The notes under the pieces are model-generated. The model saw only the letters and a list, made by a program, of their open reading frames with translations, was not told where the DNA came from and did no database searches. Shown piece by piece: positions 28,435-38,665 of a stretch of DNA of 64,000 bases. The DNA comes from an uncultured Saccharicrinis sp. Lineage in GTDB: Bacteria; Bacteroidota; Bacteroidia; Bacteroidales; Marinilabiliaceae. Position numbers and translations under genes: made by a program. The stretch covers positions 900,149 to 964,148 of the forward strand of contig OY781921.1 in NCBI GenBank assembly GCA_963677245.1, in the 5' to 3' direction. How positions within the stretch are numbered: the first letter of the stretch is position 1; each line of letters starts with the position of its first letter.

Positions 28435-29604
28435 TTAAGATCTCGCTCCTTGTGTTTTGTTGAATTGAGCATGAACTAATTTAGTTTCGCCCATCGCATT
28501 CAATGCTTTTTTCCAAACACTTTTATATTGCTCATAAACATGGTCTATGGTATACTTTCTAAGTACTCGATCATTGGCTCTTTTTCCATATACTTCCCAG
28601 GCTTTATGCGTAAGTAGAAGGTTTTCTATTGCTTCTTTAAGTGGTGCAACCCTTTGGGGTTGAATACATATACCACAAGGTTCACTGGATTCTACATGAA
28701 GCATCTCAGGAATAGCACCAACATCCGTTGCAACGATAGCACAGCCTAAAGCCATCCCTTCTAAAATCACCATCGGAAAACCCTCTGTATAGCTTGGTAA
28801 TAAAAGTATTGGAGCGCTTTTCATATAGTCAATCACTTTCTCAATCTTTATTTGTCCCATAAATTTCAGCCAACGGTTCCCCTCATCTCCACTAATATTT
28901 ATCAATTCTCTTTTGACCGCTTCCTCATATGGACCAATTAGAATCAGCTCTTTAAGATTTGAAATATGTTTACAGGCTTTCACCAATTCAAAAACACCTT
29001 TGTTTTTTATAATATGGCCAACGTAAATTATCCTTCCCAACTGACGATTATTAATTTCTTTGCTGAGCTCTTTGGCTTGCAATTCTATATCATATGCCAA
29101 AGGATTCGGCACATAATCTACATTAGTTATTCCTGTATTTAAAAGTGTTTCATACGATTTATTGTCAATGACAATTGACATGGTGCTTTTTAAGATTACC
29201 TTTTTCAATAATTTCCATTCCCAGTTATCCTGATCTTTTAGTTGAGGAATTCTCCCAAAATGCCAGTGAAGTACGATGGGTATATCGTACTTAGCTGCTT
29301 TCTTAATCAAGAAGTAATCTTTAAACAACGACAATGAAGCACTAGTAGCAAGATGAATAACATCCGGTTTTTCATTTCGAATAATCTTGTCAATCTCAAA
29401 ATATGTTTTTATTGCTCCCTGAATTCCCGTTGCCAATCTAATAATTCGAGAACTTGACGTAACGGGACGATACTTGTGTGATGTGTTATATAAAACCAGG
29501 CTTGTTCCATTACCACTTGTTTTTATATAATTCATCAGATTGTCGGTCACCGATTCAATTCCTCCAACTGGCGGAGGTGCAGGTGCAATTAAAAAAACCT
29601 TCAT
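28435..29604 (-). CDS. GT4 glycosyltransferase
   Basis: GT-B pattern. LLPSYTEGFPMVILEGMALGCAIVATDVGAIPE is the EX7E region. Confidence 0.85.
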   Translation of the reverse strand: MKVFLIAPAPPPVGGIESVTDNLMNYIKTSGNGTSLVLYNTSHKYRPVTSSSRIIRLATGIQGAIKTYFEIDKIIRNEKPDVIHLATSASLSLFKDYFLIKKAAKYDIPIVLHWHFGRIPQLKDQDNWEWKLLKKVILKSTMSIVIDNKSYETLLNTGITNVDYVPNPLAYDIELQAKELSKEINNRQLGRIIYVGHIIKNKGVFELVKACKHISNLKELILIGPYEEAVKRELINISGDEGNRWLKFMGQIKIEKVIDYMKSAPILLLPSYTEGFPMVILEGMALGCAIVATDVGAIPEMLHVESSEPCGICIQPQRVAPLKEAIENLLLTHKAWEVYGKRANDRVLRKYTIDHVYEQYKSVWKKALNAMGETKLVHAQFNKTQGARS

Positions 29605-29637
29605 AAGATATTAACTATGTAGTAAATAGTATAAATT

Positions 29638-30564
29638 TCAATTCATTTGAGTTTTTGATTCTAAGGTGATAGGTCGCTTTTTACCACTAAAACTGCCTTG
29701 TAACACATATTGAATAAACATGGGAATTCCGGTTAACTCTGCTGCTAATTTTGTAATGGAGCTATGATCAGACACGCCTGTTACCTTCAAGTTATATGGA
29801 TTGAATTTAGTTCTGTTATTCCATCCGGAATCTGTAGTTCTTGCAGCTTTCACACCTGATTCTTCTAATATCTGCATGCATTCCATGTCATAATCTCCAT
29901 TCGGATAGGAAAATATTTTTACATCTAATCCCAGCATTTCATCCACTTGCAGCTTACATTTTTGTATCTCATTTACTTTCTTCTTTGAAGTGCATTGTGT
30001 TAATATCGGATGCGTACAGGTATGCAAGCCAAACTCAACATGCGCTTTCATCTCATCCAACTCTTCTTTATTTAAAGCCTGTCTTCCTCCTGTATATTCT
30101 TTTTGTAAATCATATTTGTATTTATCCCTTAACTCCTTTTCTTTTATATTATTCGGCAATTTCTTTAAACGTTCAATATCTGTCTGTGGGCAGGCAGTCC
30201 ACCAAAAATGTCGGTCAGTATTGATTATATCTGCTGTTAAAAAAATAGTAGGCTTAATCTGAAATGCTTTTATAAGGGGCAATAATTCGTAATTTTCTTT
30301 CCAACCATCATCAATAGTAATAATTAAGGTATATTTAGGTAATTCCTTCGTCCTTCCTTTCTCCAAGGCATCAAGGTATGATGAAAACGAAATTAGATTA
30401 TACCTTTTTGTAAGATATTCTAAATGCATTTTAAAATACTCTGGTTTTGGATTGTGATACATAATTATGGAAATACCATTTTTGGCAAATAAGATTCTTA
30501 ACAAATAACTTAAGCCGCTATATCGAATCAAAAAGTGGATTAACTGATATAAAAAACGAAGCAT
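29638..30564 (-). CDS. Polysaccharide deacetylase (NodB homology domain, CE4-like)
   Basis: IITIDDGWKENY (motif 1, DD), HTCTHP (motif 2, H-x4-H-like), FSYPNGDYD (motif 3). Confidence 0.8.
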   Translation of the reverse strand: MLRFLYQLIHFLIRYSGLSYLLRILFAKNGISIIMYHNPKPEYFKMHLEYLTKRYNLISFSSYLDALEKGRTKELPKYTLIITIDDGWKENYELLPLIKAFQIKPTIFLTADIINTDRHFWWTACPQTDIERLKKLPNNIKEKELRDKYKYDLQKEYTGGRQALNKEELDEMKAHVEFGLHTCTHPILTQCTSKKKVNEIQKCKLQVDEMLGLDVKIFSYPNGDYDMECMQILEESGVKAARTTDSGWNNRTKFNPYNLKVTGVSDHSSITKLAAELTGIPMFIQYVLQGSFSGKKRPITLESKTQMN

Positions 30565-31679
30565 TATTCTTCCTCAACTTTTTTTCCTTGCAACAGATTT
30601 AAATAACCTGAAACAATCTTTTCTGATTGAAAATTATCCAATGCAATCGCCCTGTTTTTTGAACCAATTGAAATCAAATCGTTATTATCTAATCCTAGTA
30701 AAAATACCAAGGCCTTTTTAATAGAGATCGGATCTTTTGGATCAAATAGCAATTGTTTTTTATGAGATAAAAATCCGGATATATCGGAAACGTTTGTACA
30801 AACCACAGGTTTTCCACAAGCCATGGCTTCACAAATAACATTAGGAAATCCTTCATAAAAACTGAATAAACCAACTGCATCGGATTGCTGAATAATATCC
30901 TGAATATCGTGCGTAGCTTTATGAAATTTCAAACTTCCATCTAAACCATGAGCTTTTAAATCCAATAAATCCTTTTGTAACGCGTCATTGGCATGAGGTT
31001 GTAAATCATATTCTCCGTACCAATCTATTTGTAGTTGTTGTACCTCTTCTTTTTTTAATAATAAAAGCGCTTTTATTAATCCTGAAAAATTCTTTTCATA
31101 CTGAATTCGTGCTGCAACAACTAACTTAAGTTTTTTTTCGTGCCGAAACCTATAATTATCAGTTGGCTTAAAACGATCAAAATCAATCGTATTGTAAATA
31201 ATTTTACATTTATTTTCCGATAACAAAGGATTCGCTGTTCTTACCAAACTCATATTTGTATTTGAATTAGCAACAACATAATTAGCCAAAAAATGAAACC
31301 ACCTGTAAAACCTTAATTTGAGTGACTTTAAAATCATAGGATTGGCACTTCTTTCGCCTACCACCAAATGCCATTTTCGATATGGAAAACTCGCTATTTC
31401 ACAAATAAAATTAGCTGCTTCTAAAAATGACAAAACAGAGTGATAGTTTCCTTTACGGATAAAATGCCTCATTTTAATAAGTCGTTTCAAATAATTAGGC
31501 TCCTTGATACAGCTTATGGTAATTCCCTTATTTTCTACACTTTCATTAAAAAAAGGAATATGATGATAGGTTAAAAAAGAAACCGAATGCCCCTTTTCTT
31601 TAAAAGAAATAGCTAACTCAACTAACTGTCGTTGAGCTCCACCAAAACACAAACTATCTATAACACACAAAATATTCAT
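30564..31679 (-). CDS. GT4 glycosyltransferase
   Basis: MNILCVIDSLCFGGAQRQ N-terminus and the FSFYEGFPNVICEAMACGKPVVCTNVSD EX7E region. Its stop shares 1 nt with the deacetylase start. Confidence 0.85.
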   Translation of the reverse strand: MNILCVIDSLCFGGAQRQLVELAISFKEKGHSVSFLTYHHIPFFNESVENKGITISCIKEPNYLKRLIKMRHFIRKGNYHSVLSFLEAANFICEIASFPYRKWHLVVGERSANPMILKSLKLRFYRWFHFLANYVVANSNTNMSLVRTANPLLSENKCKIIYNTIDFDRFKPTDNYRFRHEKKLKLVVAARIQYEKNFSGLIKALLLLKKEEVQQLQIDWYGEYDLQPHANDALQKDLLDLKAHGLDGSLKFHKATHDIQDIIQQSDAVGLFSFYEGFPNVICEAMACGKPVVCTNVSDISGFLSHKKQLLFDPKDPISIKKALVFLLGLDNNDLISIGSKNRAIALDNFQSEKIVSGYLNLLQGKKVEEE

Positions 31680-31756
31680 GAATAAAAAGATGTCTATGAA
31701 AGACTGTATACCAATTAGGATTACAAATTCTGAACAAAAACCAAAATCAGAGTATT

Positions 31757-32968
31757 TTAAACTGCTAAAACTTGCATTGTTTCACTCTCTTTCTTTTGTT
31801 GATGCTTTTCCTTTTTTTGATATTGAACCTCAAGGCTTGTGGTAATATATGCCAGAATCACCCATCCTAACTTTACCTCCAAAATATGACTGCCTAATAA
31901 AATGCCAAATACCGAAATTGAAAGCAACATTGGCAATAAAAGACCACTTTCTCTATACTTTAGATATCCCTGACGAAAAACCAAATACAAAAAAATGCCA
32001 TAGACTATTAAACCAAAAAATCCAGTAAAACACACTATTTCCAGAACTACATTATGAGGACTCATATATCTTCCAAATGCATTCATACAGAAAGTCGTAT
32101 AACCTGATTGTCCGACTCCAAATATTGGATGATCCAAAATGAGAGGAAAAATCTGCTCCCAAATAATATCTCTGTTAGATAGATTTCCTTCGTTTAAACT
32201 AGTTAAAAAACGTTCTCTTAACATCTCGTTTTCAAAAGCTAAACGAAACATAAAGATGAAAAAGACAATACCGAGTATGAAAACTAAACCTTTTACTAAA
32301 AATGTATTTGTTTTTAATAATACCAAAGCCGATATAAAGATTATTGCCAATGTGATGATTGATAATCGTGAGCCGGTTGCTATTAAAAGTCCGAACATTA
32401 ACGGCGTTAAAGCAAGATAGAGAAAACGTGTTTTTTTTAATTGTAAACTATTTTGAAGAACTAGCATAGCCACAATGGTAATCCCAAAACACATCCTTTG
32501 TGCAATAATATTTTGGTTGTCGCCAAAAATTGAAACTCTTCCTTCATTTGTAATTTCAATTCCTACGCCATTGTAATATAACAGTGCAAGCGTAGCTGCT
32601 CCCAACGAAAAAGCCATCAATCCCCTTTCTAAAATCAAAGGTTCTTTTCGAACATGGTTGATGATAATCCAAAAAAGAATAATATTCTGCAAGATTGTAA
32701 AATCAATGATAGTATCATCTGTTGATTGAGCATGAATTGCATTAATCAAAAATAACAAGCTAAAAAAAGTTAGAATTACTTTTAGAACCGGTTTGTAATT
32801 CGATCCTGTTTTGTACTTAATGATGGCAGGAATTGAAACGGCAAAATATATAATTCCAGTTAGTTTTGATATGGAAAAAAAACCATCTGTATGTAAAGGA
32901 TCCCAAACCTCAAAATTAAGAGAAAACAAAAATACATAAAGGCTATATCGCTGAAGCTTTTGAATCAT
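31757..32968 (-). CDS. wzy: O-antigen polymerase/ligase-family membrane protein (Wzy)
   Basis: About 10-12 TM helices with a larger periplasmic loop (NEMLRERFLTSLNEGNLSNRDIIWEQ). Located next to wzx with an ATGA overlap. Confidence 0.7.
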   Translation of the reverse strand: MIQKLQRYSLYVFLFSLNFEVWDPLHTDGFFSISKLTGIIYFAVSIPAIIKYKTGSNYKPVLKVILTFFSLLFLINAIHAQSTDDTIIDFTILQNIILFWIIINHVRKEPLILERGLMAFSLGAATLALLYYNGVGIEITNEGRVSIFGDNQNIIAQRMCFGITIVAMLVLQNSLQLKKTRFLYLALTPLMFGLLIATGSRLSIITLAIIFISALVLLKTNTFLVKGLVFILGIVFFIFMFRLAFENEMLRERFLTSLNEGNLSNRDIIWEQIFPLILDHPIFGVGQSGYTTFCMNAFGRYMSPHNVVLEIVCFTGFFGLIVYGIFLYLVFRQGYLKYRESGLLLPMLLSISVFGILLGSHILEVKLGWVILAYITTSLEVQYQKKEKHQQKKESETMQVLAV

Positions 32969-34572
32969 TTCAGTGGATTATCTTTACTTGCAATAGAACT
33001 ACTTTTACCTAATGTAGAATCGTTTTTTTGAGGCATTAAAACAACTGCTAATGATCGTTTTATTGATTCTAAAAATGAAAATCGTGCACAAAGTTTATTG
33101 ATTAATTCATTTAAACTTACCCCGTCAAAAACAAACACTCCATAATGAATTTCCAATATTGATACAATTACTAAATAGATAAAACCAAAAATTGCGGCAA
33201 ACACATCTCCATATACGAGATACTTTTCTAGCAACACAAATGGGGTAACAGAAATGAGAGAAATTAAAGCAATACGGAGAAACTTCCTCCATGGAAAATA
33301 GTTGAAAATATTGCTATTAACCAGCTTCATTTCAATATGTAATTGGATAGTTTTAGGAGTAATAATACTTACCATGGCACTGATTAATCCTCCCCAAATT
33401 CCATAAAACTTAATTAAAAAAAAGGTGAGTGGTAAAGTAAACAAGCTGCTAAAAAAATAAGCTTTTAAAGAGTAAATTGTTTTATCTGTCGCCCTTAAAA
33501 TTAATCCTGCTCCCAGCATAAAAACTAAAAATATCAATATATAAACTCTAAATAGCGGAACAGCATCCAAATATTTATCTGTAAAAAATAAAGTAATAAT
33601 TCTTTCTGCATAAAGAGAAACAATAATGATAGCCGGGATAGAAAATGAATACGTTTTTGTAACAAGCGATTTATATATTTCAGAGATTTGGTTGGGTTTG
33701 TTTTCGTGATGTTTAGCAGCCATCTTCATCAGATACACTTGAGACAATGAAGTGTACACTTGCTCAACTCCGGGTATACCGTAAAAAACAATTGCATAGG
33801 TGGCAAATGAGGCTGGATCGAGAAATGAAATACATATTATTTTATCGAATTGAAGGGCGAGCGTATTTAAAACCAATGCCATACCAAAAGGCCAGCTATA
33901 CTTTAATTGCCGTTTAGCTAATTTAATATTTATAATACCCTTTAATTGTCGAAGATTTATGTTTTTCAAGGCATAAATCATCACAAAAATAAAACAGCTA
34001 AAAGCAGCGAAAATGATTCCAAACATGATAGAATTCAGGCTATGCCAAAGCACAGCAAAACCAATTACAAAACCAAGTCGCAGTAGTATAACGGCTGGTG
34101 GATATAAGACACTCGTTGTATTATCAGCTTTTGCCACATACAAAGGTTCAATAATAATCAAGGGTAATAAAAATAGTATACCCAAGCTAACATATGCGGT
34201 ATAATTAGAAAGATCGCCTTTGCCTAAAAGGTATCTATTTAAAAAAGGAACATTGACAAAAACAATAGCAATGATGGTAAAAACGAATAAAAACAGGATC
34301 GTATGGAGTATTAAAGACTCTCTTTCTCTTTCGTTTGCTTTGGGATAAAAAAAGTACAGGTTAGACTGAATTCCTAAACTAAAAATAATGGTAAAGAAAT
34401 TAATCAATACATAAAACTGAGAATACACCCCAAATTCAAACTTAGTTAAAAAACGAGTTAGAAATAAAGGCATGGCAAATGTTGCAGCTAATGCAATAAG
34501 CTTACCGGTCATGATAGCAGCAGTCTGCTTTGCTGTACCTGATTCTTTTTTCGAATTAGAAGTATTCATCAA
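32965..34572 (-). CDS. wzx: Polysaccharide flippase (MOP superfamily, Wzx)
   Basis: 535 aa with a 12-14 TM profile typical of Polysacc_synt proteins. Confidence 0.75.
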   Translation of the reverse strand: MMNTSNSKKESGTAKQTAAIMTGKLIALAATFAMPLFLTRFLTKFEFGVYSQFYVLINFFTIIFSLGIQSNLYFFYPKANERERESLILHTILFLFVFTIIAIVFVNVPFLNRYLLGKGDLSNYTAYVSLGILFLLPLIIIEPLYVAKADNTTSVLYPPAVILLRLGFVIGFAVLWHSLNSIMFGIIFAAFSCFIFVMIYALKNINLRQLKGIINIKLAKRQLKYSWPFGMALVLNTLALQFDKIICISFLDPASFATYAIVFYGIPGVEQVYTSLSQVYLMKMAAKHHENKPNQISEIYKSLVTKTYSFSIPAIIIVSLYAERIITLFFTDKYLDAVPLFRVYILIFLVFMLGAGLILRATDKTIYSLKAYFFSSLFTLPLTFFLIKFYGIWGGLISAMVSIITPKTIQLHIEMKLVNSNIFNYFPWRKFLRIALISLISVTPFVLLEKYLVYGDVFAAIFGFIYLVIVSILEIHYGVFVFDGVSLNELINKLCARFSFLESIKRSLAVVLMPQKNDSTLGKSSSIASKDNPLK

Positions 34573-34575
34573 CCT

Positions 34576-35190
34576 TTAATTATTGAAAACCCGGGGAACT
34601 TTGTCGATATCTGTTTTTACAATTTTAGCAGGATTACCAGCTGCAATTGAATTGGAAGGTACATCTTTTGTAACCACAGCATTAGCTGCAATAATTGAAT
34701 TATCCCCTATTTTAACTCCTTTACAAATCCTGGCAAAAGAACCAATCCATACATTCTGCCCTATTATAATTGGTGCGGAATCTGAGTGTCGCCATTTTCG
34801 ATAATCAGATCCAGGAGGAGAGCTACTTTTTAATTTTCTGTCTGCAGGATGAACCGGATGGTTGTTATTATCTAAAATTACAACATAATCTGCTATAGAA
34901 GTATAATCACCAATGGTAATCTCATTCACAGCTCCTATCGTGCTATTTTCTCGTAAATACACAAAAGTTCCCAAGTGTATTTTACCATGATTCTCAGATA
35001 CGAGCGTACCATAAACAATAGCATGATCTCCAATTGTAATATCATTTTTATTTGATTTGTCTGCTAATCGTACAAAAGTACTACGCGAAAATACCTGCCC
35101 GGATCCTTTCAAGGTAACGTTATTTGCAATAACCTTTGCTTTATATTTGTCTAAAAAAGAGAATACAAAATTTAATAAGCTTCTGAGCAT
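34576..35190 (-). CDS. Hexapeptide-repeat (LbH) O-acetyltransferase, maltose/colanic-acid acetyltransferase-like
   Basis: Hexapeptide turns (IGDHAIVYG, IGDYTSIAD, IGQNVWIGSFARICKGVKIGDNSIIAANAVV) and the C-terminal AAGNPAKIV. Confidence 0.85.
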   Translation of the reverse strand: MLRSLLNFVFSFLDKYKAKVIANNVTLKGSGQVFSRSTFVRLADKSNKNDITIGDHAIVYGTLVSENHGKIHLGTFVYLRENSTIGAVNEITIGDYTSIADYVVILDNNNHPVHPADRKLKSSSPPGSDYRKWRHSDSAPIIIGQNVWIGSFARICKGVKIGDNSIIAANAVVTKDVPSNSIAAGNPAKIVKTDIDKVPRVFNN

Positions 35191-35416
35191 ATTCGGCTTT
35201 TTGAGAGATTTAAAATCGCGTTTTGCTTTTGTGTAAACCTAATTTATCAAAAGGGAAAAGCTTTTCACGGCTCCGCCCTCTCAGTCACACGGTTTATGAC
35301 TGACTACATAAATATTGATTTCCAACGATAGGACATTTGTTAATTTGAGAGCCTCCCAAAGGTGGTGGAACAGTTGCTCTATAAATACTAGCAAAGCAGT
35401 TAATTTTTGTAATTAA

Positions 35417-37840
35417 TTATTGAATGTTATGTAACCCTGTCTTGACTACTTTTTCATTTGATTTATTAACCACAACTGCTTTTCTGGTTTTACCATTTCC
35501 ATTTTGCTTGTTATAGCCGTAGCCATACCCATACTGATTACTATAGTTGTTATTATCATTCATCACTACACCTACATTTTTAATGTTTTTTTGATGTATA
35601 TCTTTCATAATTAAGTTGAGAACTCGCTTGTTAGAATAATTATATCTGGCTATAATTATTTTCACATCTGCATAGTCCATTAACAAATAAGCATCACTCA
35701 CCTGAGCTAACGGCGAAGTATCCAGAATAATACAGTTATATTTATTTCTGAGTTGATCAATCAATTCTCCGGTATTGTTTTTAGACATTATTTGTGGTGG
35801 ATCAGAAGAAAGTTCACCTGCCTGAATGTAGTCGAGGTTATCAAATGGAGAATGTTGAATGATATCCTTTATGGTTATTGATTCGTTATACCATGAAGAA
35901 ATTCCTTTGGCATTTTCGTCTTCATCCTTAAAATAACTCGATTTCTTTCTTAAATCGAAGTTTACCAATAAAGTTTTGTAGCCTAATTGCGCATAACTAT
36001 AAGCCAAATTTCTGGAGACAAATGACTTCCCTTCCTTCTCGATACAAGAACTAATTAATATTACTTTTGAGGTAAAGTTCACATACTGGTATTCTAAATT
36101 AGTCCTTAATGCCCTGAAAGATTCCAGAACTATATTGCCAGGCACCTCATACAGATTTAAGGCAACACTTTTTTTACAGTGTATTATTTTTCCAAACACA
36201 GGCACATTTACCATACTGGCCACATCATCCTGAACGCCAATTTTATTATTTAATTCATTTCTTATCATTAAATAAGCAATAGGTATTAAAACTCCCACCA
36301 AAATCGCAATCATATAATTAATTTGATTATTAGGTGTAACAGGACGGTGCCCGGCCATACGTGCAGGACTAATAATAATACTATTGGGAATATTCGAAGC
36401 TAAGGTAATTTTGGCTTCAGCTCTTTTCTCCAACAAATAATTATAAATGGCATCATTTAGCTTATATTTTCTCTCTAAACCACCAAGTTCAAGTTGTGTC
36501 TCCGGCATTCTGCTGATGGTGTATTTTAACCTTTGTATCCTCTTATTCATCTCATCTATGGATATATCCACAGTATTGGAAACAGCGGTAATATTATTGA
36601 GAATGGTTTGTTTAATATTCTCTATTTTAACAGTAAGTTTTTTTACCAAAGGATTGTATTCCTGATCATTACTTATCAGATTAGACCTATCCGTTTGAGA
36701 TGTGATTAATTCTGACATTAGTGTATTAAGTAACTGATCCTGAATTCCCATGGATGCTGGCACAGTCATACTTGAATAATCATCATTATTATGAAGATAT
36801 TCTGTGACATAATCGTAATAACGTTTTCGAGTCATTAGCTCTGCTAACTGATTTTGAAGATCTAAATACTGTGTCGAAATATTTTGTGTTTGCTGATTCA
36901 CATTTAATAAATAATTCGATGAACGAAATCGTTGCAAACTTTCCTCTGTAAGACTTAAAGAATCAGAAATTTCATCAAGTTGTTTTTCTATATAATTGAT
37001 AGTTACACGCGCTGTATGATTTTTTCTATCCAGATTTTGATTCGAATAAACCTGCATTATTTCGTTTAGCACGTCTTTCCCTTTTTTTACAGAATTGGAT
37101 TTATAATTTATCTCTATAACAGTAGCGAGCTTATCAACTATCCTGAACTCTAAGTTCTTTCTTAACTCATTGGTTAAGGTTATATAGTCTTGTAATACAA
37201 ATTCATATTCCTTCTTAAAATAATTAGCTTCAACATCCTCATTGAGCTGAATGATAAAACCAAGTTCCTGACATTCTATTAGTTTATCAAACATGCCATT
37301 TCGTTTAAAATGCCATTTGTTTTTATGAAACTCTTTTTCTCCGGTATTTAAGTTTGCAAATGCTACACTTTTCCCTTTTGCCTCAATTACATAATTGATT
37401 TTGTCCAGAATAACTAACTTAAAATGTATATTAACCGGCTGAATATGATTATCAATAAGCTGAACTTTAAATGGAGACTTTCCATAAATCTCATTTACCT
37501 GTAAACCATTTTTTTTGAAATAACTTACTGATAAATTTAAATTTTTAATGGTTTGACTGATAGTAGGTACAGATTTAAGCATCCACAATTCATTTTGCAA
37601 ATTTTGATTGGTGGTAAAAAGATTACTCTGTAAATACTCATTTTTGCCGGCATCTACCCTTTTTGTATCCTCTGTTATTAAAATGGAAGACGTGATTTGA
37701 TATTTAGGGATCATGAATTTACCAGCCACAAATGCAAGCACCAGAGCTATCCCTATTCCTATTGCAAACAGTTTGTAATTCCTTGTCAATAATTGAATTA
37801 TAGACTCAAAATCACTCTCATCGGATTTGTTTGTTACCAT
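35417..37840 (-). CDS. wzc: Polysaccharide co-polymerase with BY-kinase domain (Wzc/GumC type)
   Basis: Wzz-like N-terminus with 2 TM helices and coiled coils. Walker A SCIEKEGKSF, Walker A' IILDTSP, and a C-terminal Tyr cluster QYGYGYGYN. Confidence 0.9.
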   Translation of the reverse strand: MVTNKSDESDFESIIQLLTRNYKLFAIGIGIALVLAFVAGKFMIPKYQITSSILITEDTKRVDAGKNEYLQSNLFTTNQNLQNELWMLKSVPTISQTIKNLNLSVSYFKKNGLQVNEIYGKSPFKVQLIDNHIQPVNIHFKLVILDKINYVIEAKGKSVAFANLNTGEKEFHKNKWHFKRNGMFDKLIECQELGFIIQLNEDVEANYFKKEYEFVLQDYITLTNELRKNLEFRIVDKLATVIEINYKSNSVKKGKDVLNEIMQVYSNQNLDRKNHTARVTINYIEKQLDEISDSLSLTEESLQRFRSSNYLLNVNQQTQNISTQYLDLQNQLAELMTRKRYYDYVTEYLHNNDDYSSMTVPASMGIQDQLLNTLMSELITSQTDRSNLISNDQEYNPLVKKLTVKIENIKQTILNNITAVSNTVDISIDEMNKRIQRLKYTISRMPETQLELGGLERKYKLNDAIYNYLLEKRAEAKITLASNIPNSIIISPARMAGHRPVTPNNQINYMIAILVGVLIPIAYLMIRNELNNKIGVQDDVASMVNVPVFGKIIHCKKSVALNLYEVPGNIVLESFRALRTNLEYQYVNFTSKVILISSCIEKEGKSFVSRNLAYSYAQLGYKTLLVNFDLRKKSSYFKDEDENAKGISSWYNESITIKDIIQHSPFDNLDYIQAGELSSDPPQIMSKNNTGELIDQLRNKYNCIILDTSPLAQVSDAYLLMDYADVKIIIARYNYSNKRVLNLIMKDIHQKNIKNVGVVMNDNNNYSNQYGYGYGYNKQNGNGKTRKAVVVNKSNEKVVKTGLHNIQ

Positions 37841-37861
37841 GATTACAAACTTTAAAAATCA

Positions 37862-38665
37862 CTATTTTACTACTGAATAAAGTAATATGGCTGCGGTTAT
37901 GGCAGAAAGAAGGACATCATATGGAAATTCCTGTAGACCCCAGAATTTTTTCTTTAATGGTTTAACATATATGATATCGTTGGGACTTACATATAAATTT
38001 TCAGAAGACAACATTGCTCTATTGTTAAGATCAAGCACTATTTGCAAGTTTTTACCATTTTTATTTCTGAGAATAATAACTTCATTTCTATTTCCCCAAT
38101 TTGTAATATCCCCGGCCAAACCTATAGCTTCATAAATGCTCACCTCATCTTTAAAATAATGATACATTCCAGGCCTGTTTACTTCTCCAAGCACAGTTAC
38201 ATATCGGTTTACAAGCTTTACTGAAACTGTTGGCTGACTTAAAATATTACTCACATTATTGGTAATAGCCTCTCGTACCTCTTCTAAAGTTTTGTCTTTA
38301 ACTATTAGTTTACCTATTACAGGCAAGGTAATACAGCCATCCTTTTCAACGGTATAAGAAACCATAGACGCGCCGTAAGGCTGAATAACTCCTAAATTAA
38401 CATATTGTTGATTTCCTAATGAAGAAAAAATACTCGCCGATGCTTCATCCAAACTACTTATTTGAATATATAATTCGTCCTTTTCCTTAATCTTATATTC
38501 TGCTGTAGATGACTGAAACTCCTTTGCTTGGGATAAATCTCCCTGTAAATAAGTTAAATTTTTATTCGTAAGACAAGATGAAAAAACTAAAATAAACAGG
38601 CTAGGAATTAGAATTGCTAGTTTAGCTTTAGATTTGCATTTATTGCAGTTTTGTAAAGATTCCAT
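37862..38665 (-). CDS. wza: Polysaccharide export outer-membrane lipoprotein (Wza; Poly_export plus SLBB)
   Basis: Lipobox VFSSC, then YKIKEKDELYIQISS (Poly_export) and VTVLGEVNRPGMY (SLBB). The track start at 38716 is GTG and the ATG is at 38665. Confidence 0.85.
   Translation of the reverse strand: MESLQNCNKCKSKAKLAILIPSLFILVFSSCLTNKNLTYLQGDLSQAKEFQSSTAEYKIKEKDELYIQISSLDEASASIFSSLGNQQYVNLGVIQPYGASMVSYTVEKDGCITLPVIGKLIVKDKTLEEVREAITNNVSNILSQPTVSVKLVNRYVTVLGEVNRPGMYHYFKDEVSIYEAIGLAGDITNWGNRNEVIILRNKNGKNLQIVLDLNNRAMLSSENLYVSPNDIIYVKPLKKKFWGLQEFPYDVLLSAITAAILLYSVVK

Noticed and set aside
35191-35416. A GC-richer patch with a tcagtca/tgactga hairpin between wzc and the acetyltransferase gene, considered as a possible ncRNA.
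   Set aside because: There is only one 7-bp stem, and I found no promoter box, terminator or long-range pairing. It is more simply an intra-operon spacer or internal promoter region, as noted in the locus-level finding.
35500-35535. A short tandem DNA repeat (ccgtagccataccc-type) that might have been a microsatellite or contingency locus.
   Set aside because: It encodes the in-frame YGYGYGY tyrosine cluster of the Wzc C-terminus, a normal functional feature of BY-kinases.
1099-38224. Many 60-130-aa antisense ORFs in the track, for example 1099-1323, 2015-2203, 7366-7671, 10041-10310, 13566-13856, 15115-15300, 29841-30262, 32139-32420 and 37887-38224.
   Set aside because: Each lies wholly inside a longer ORF on the opposite strand that has clear family motifs. 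Their sequences are low-complexity and lack plausible starts or context.
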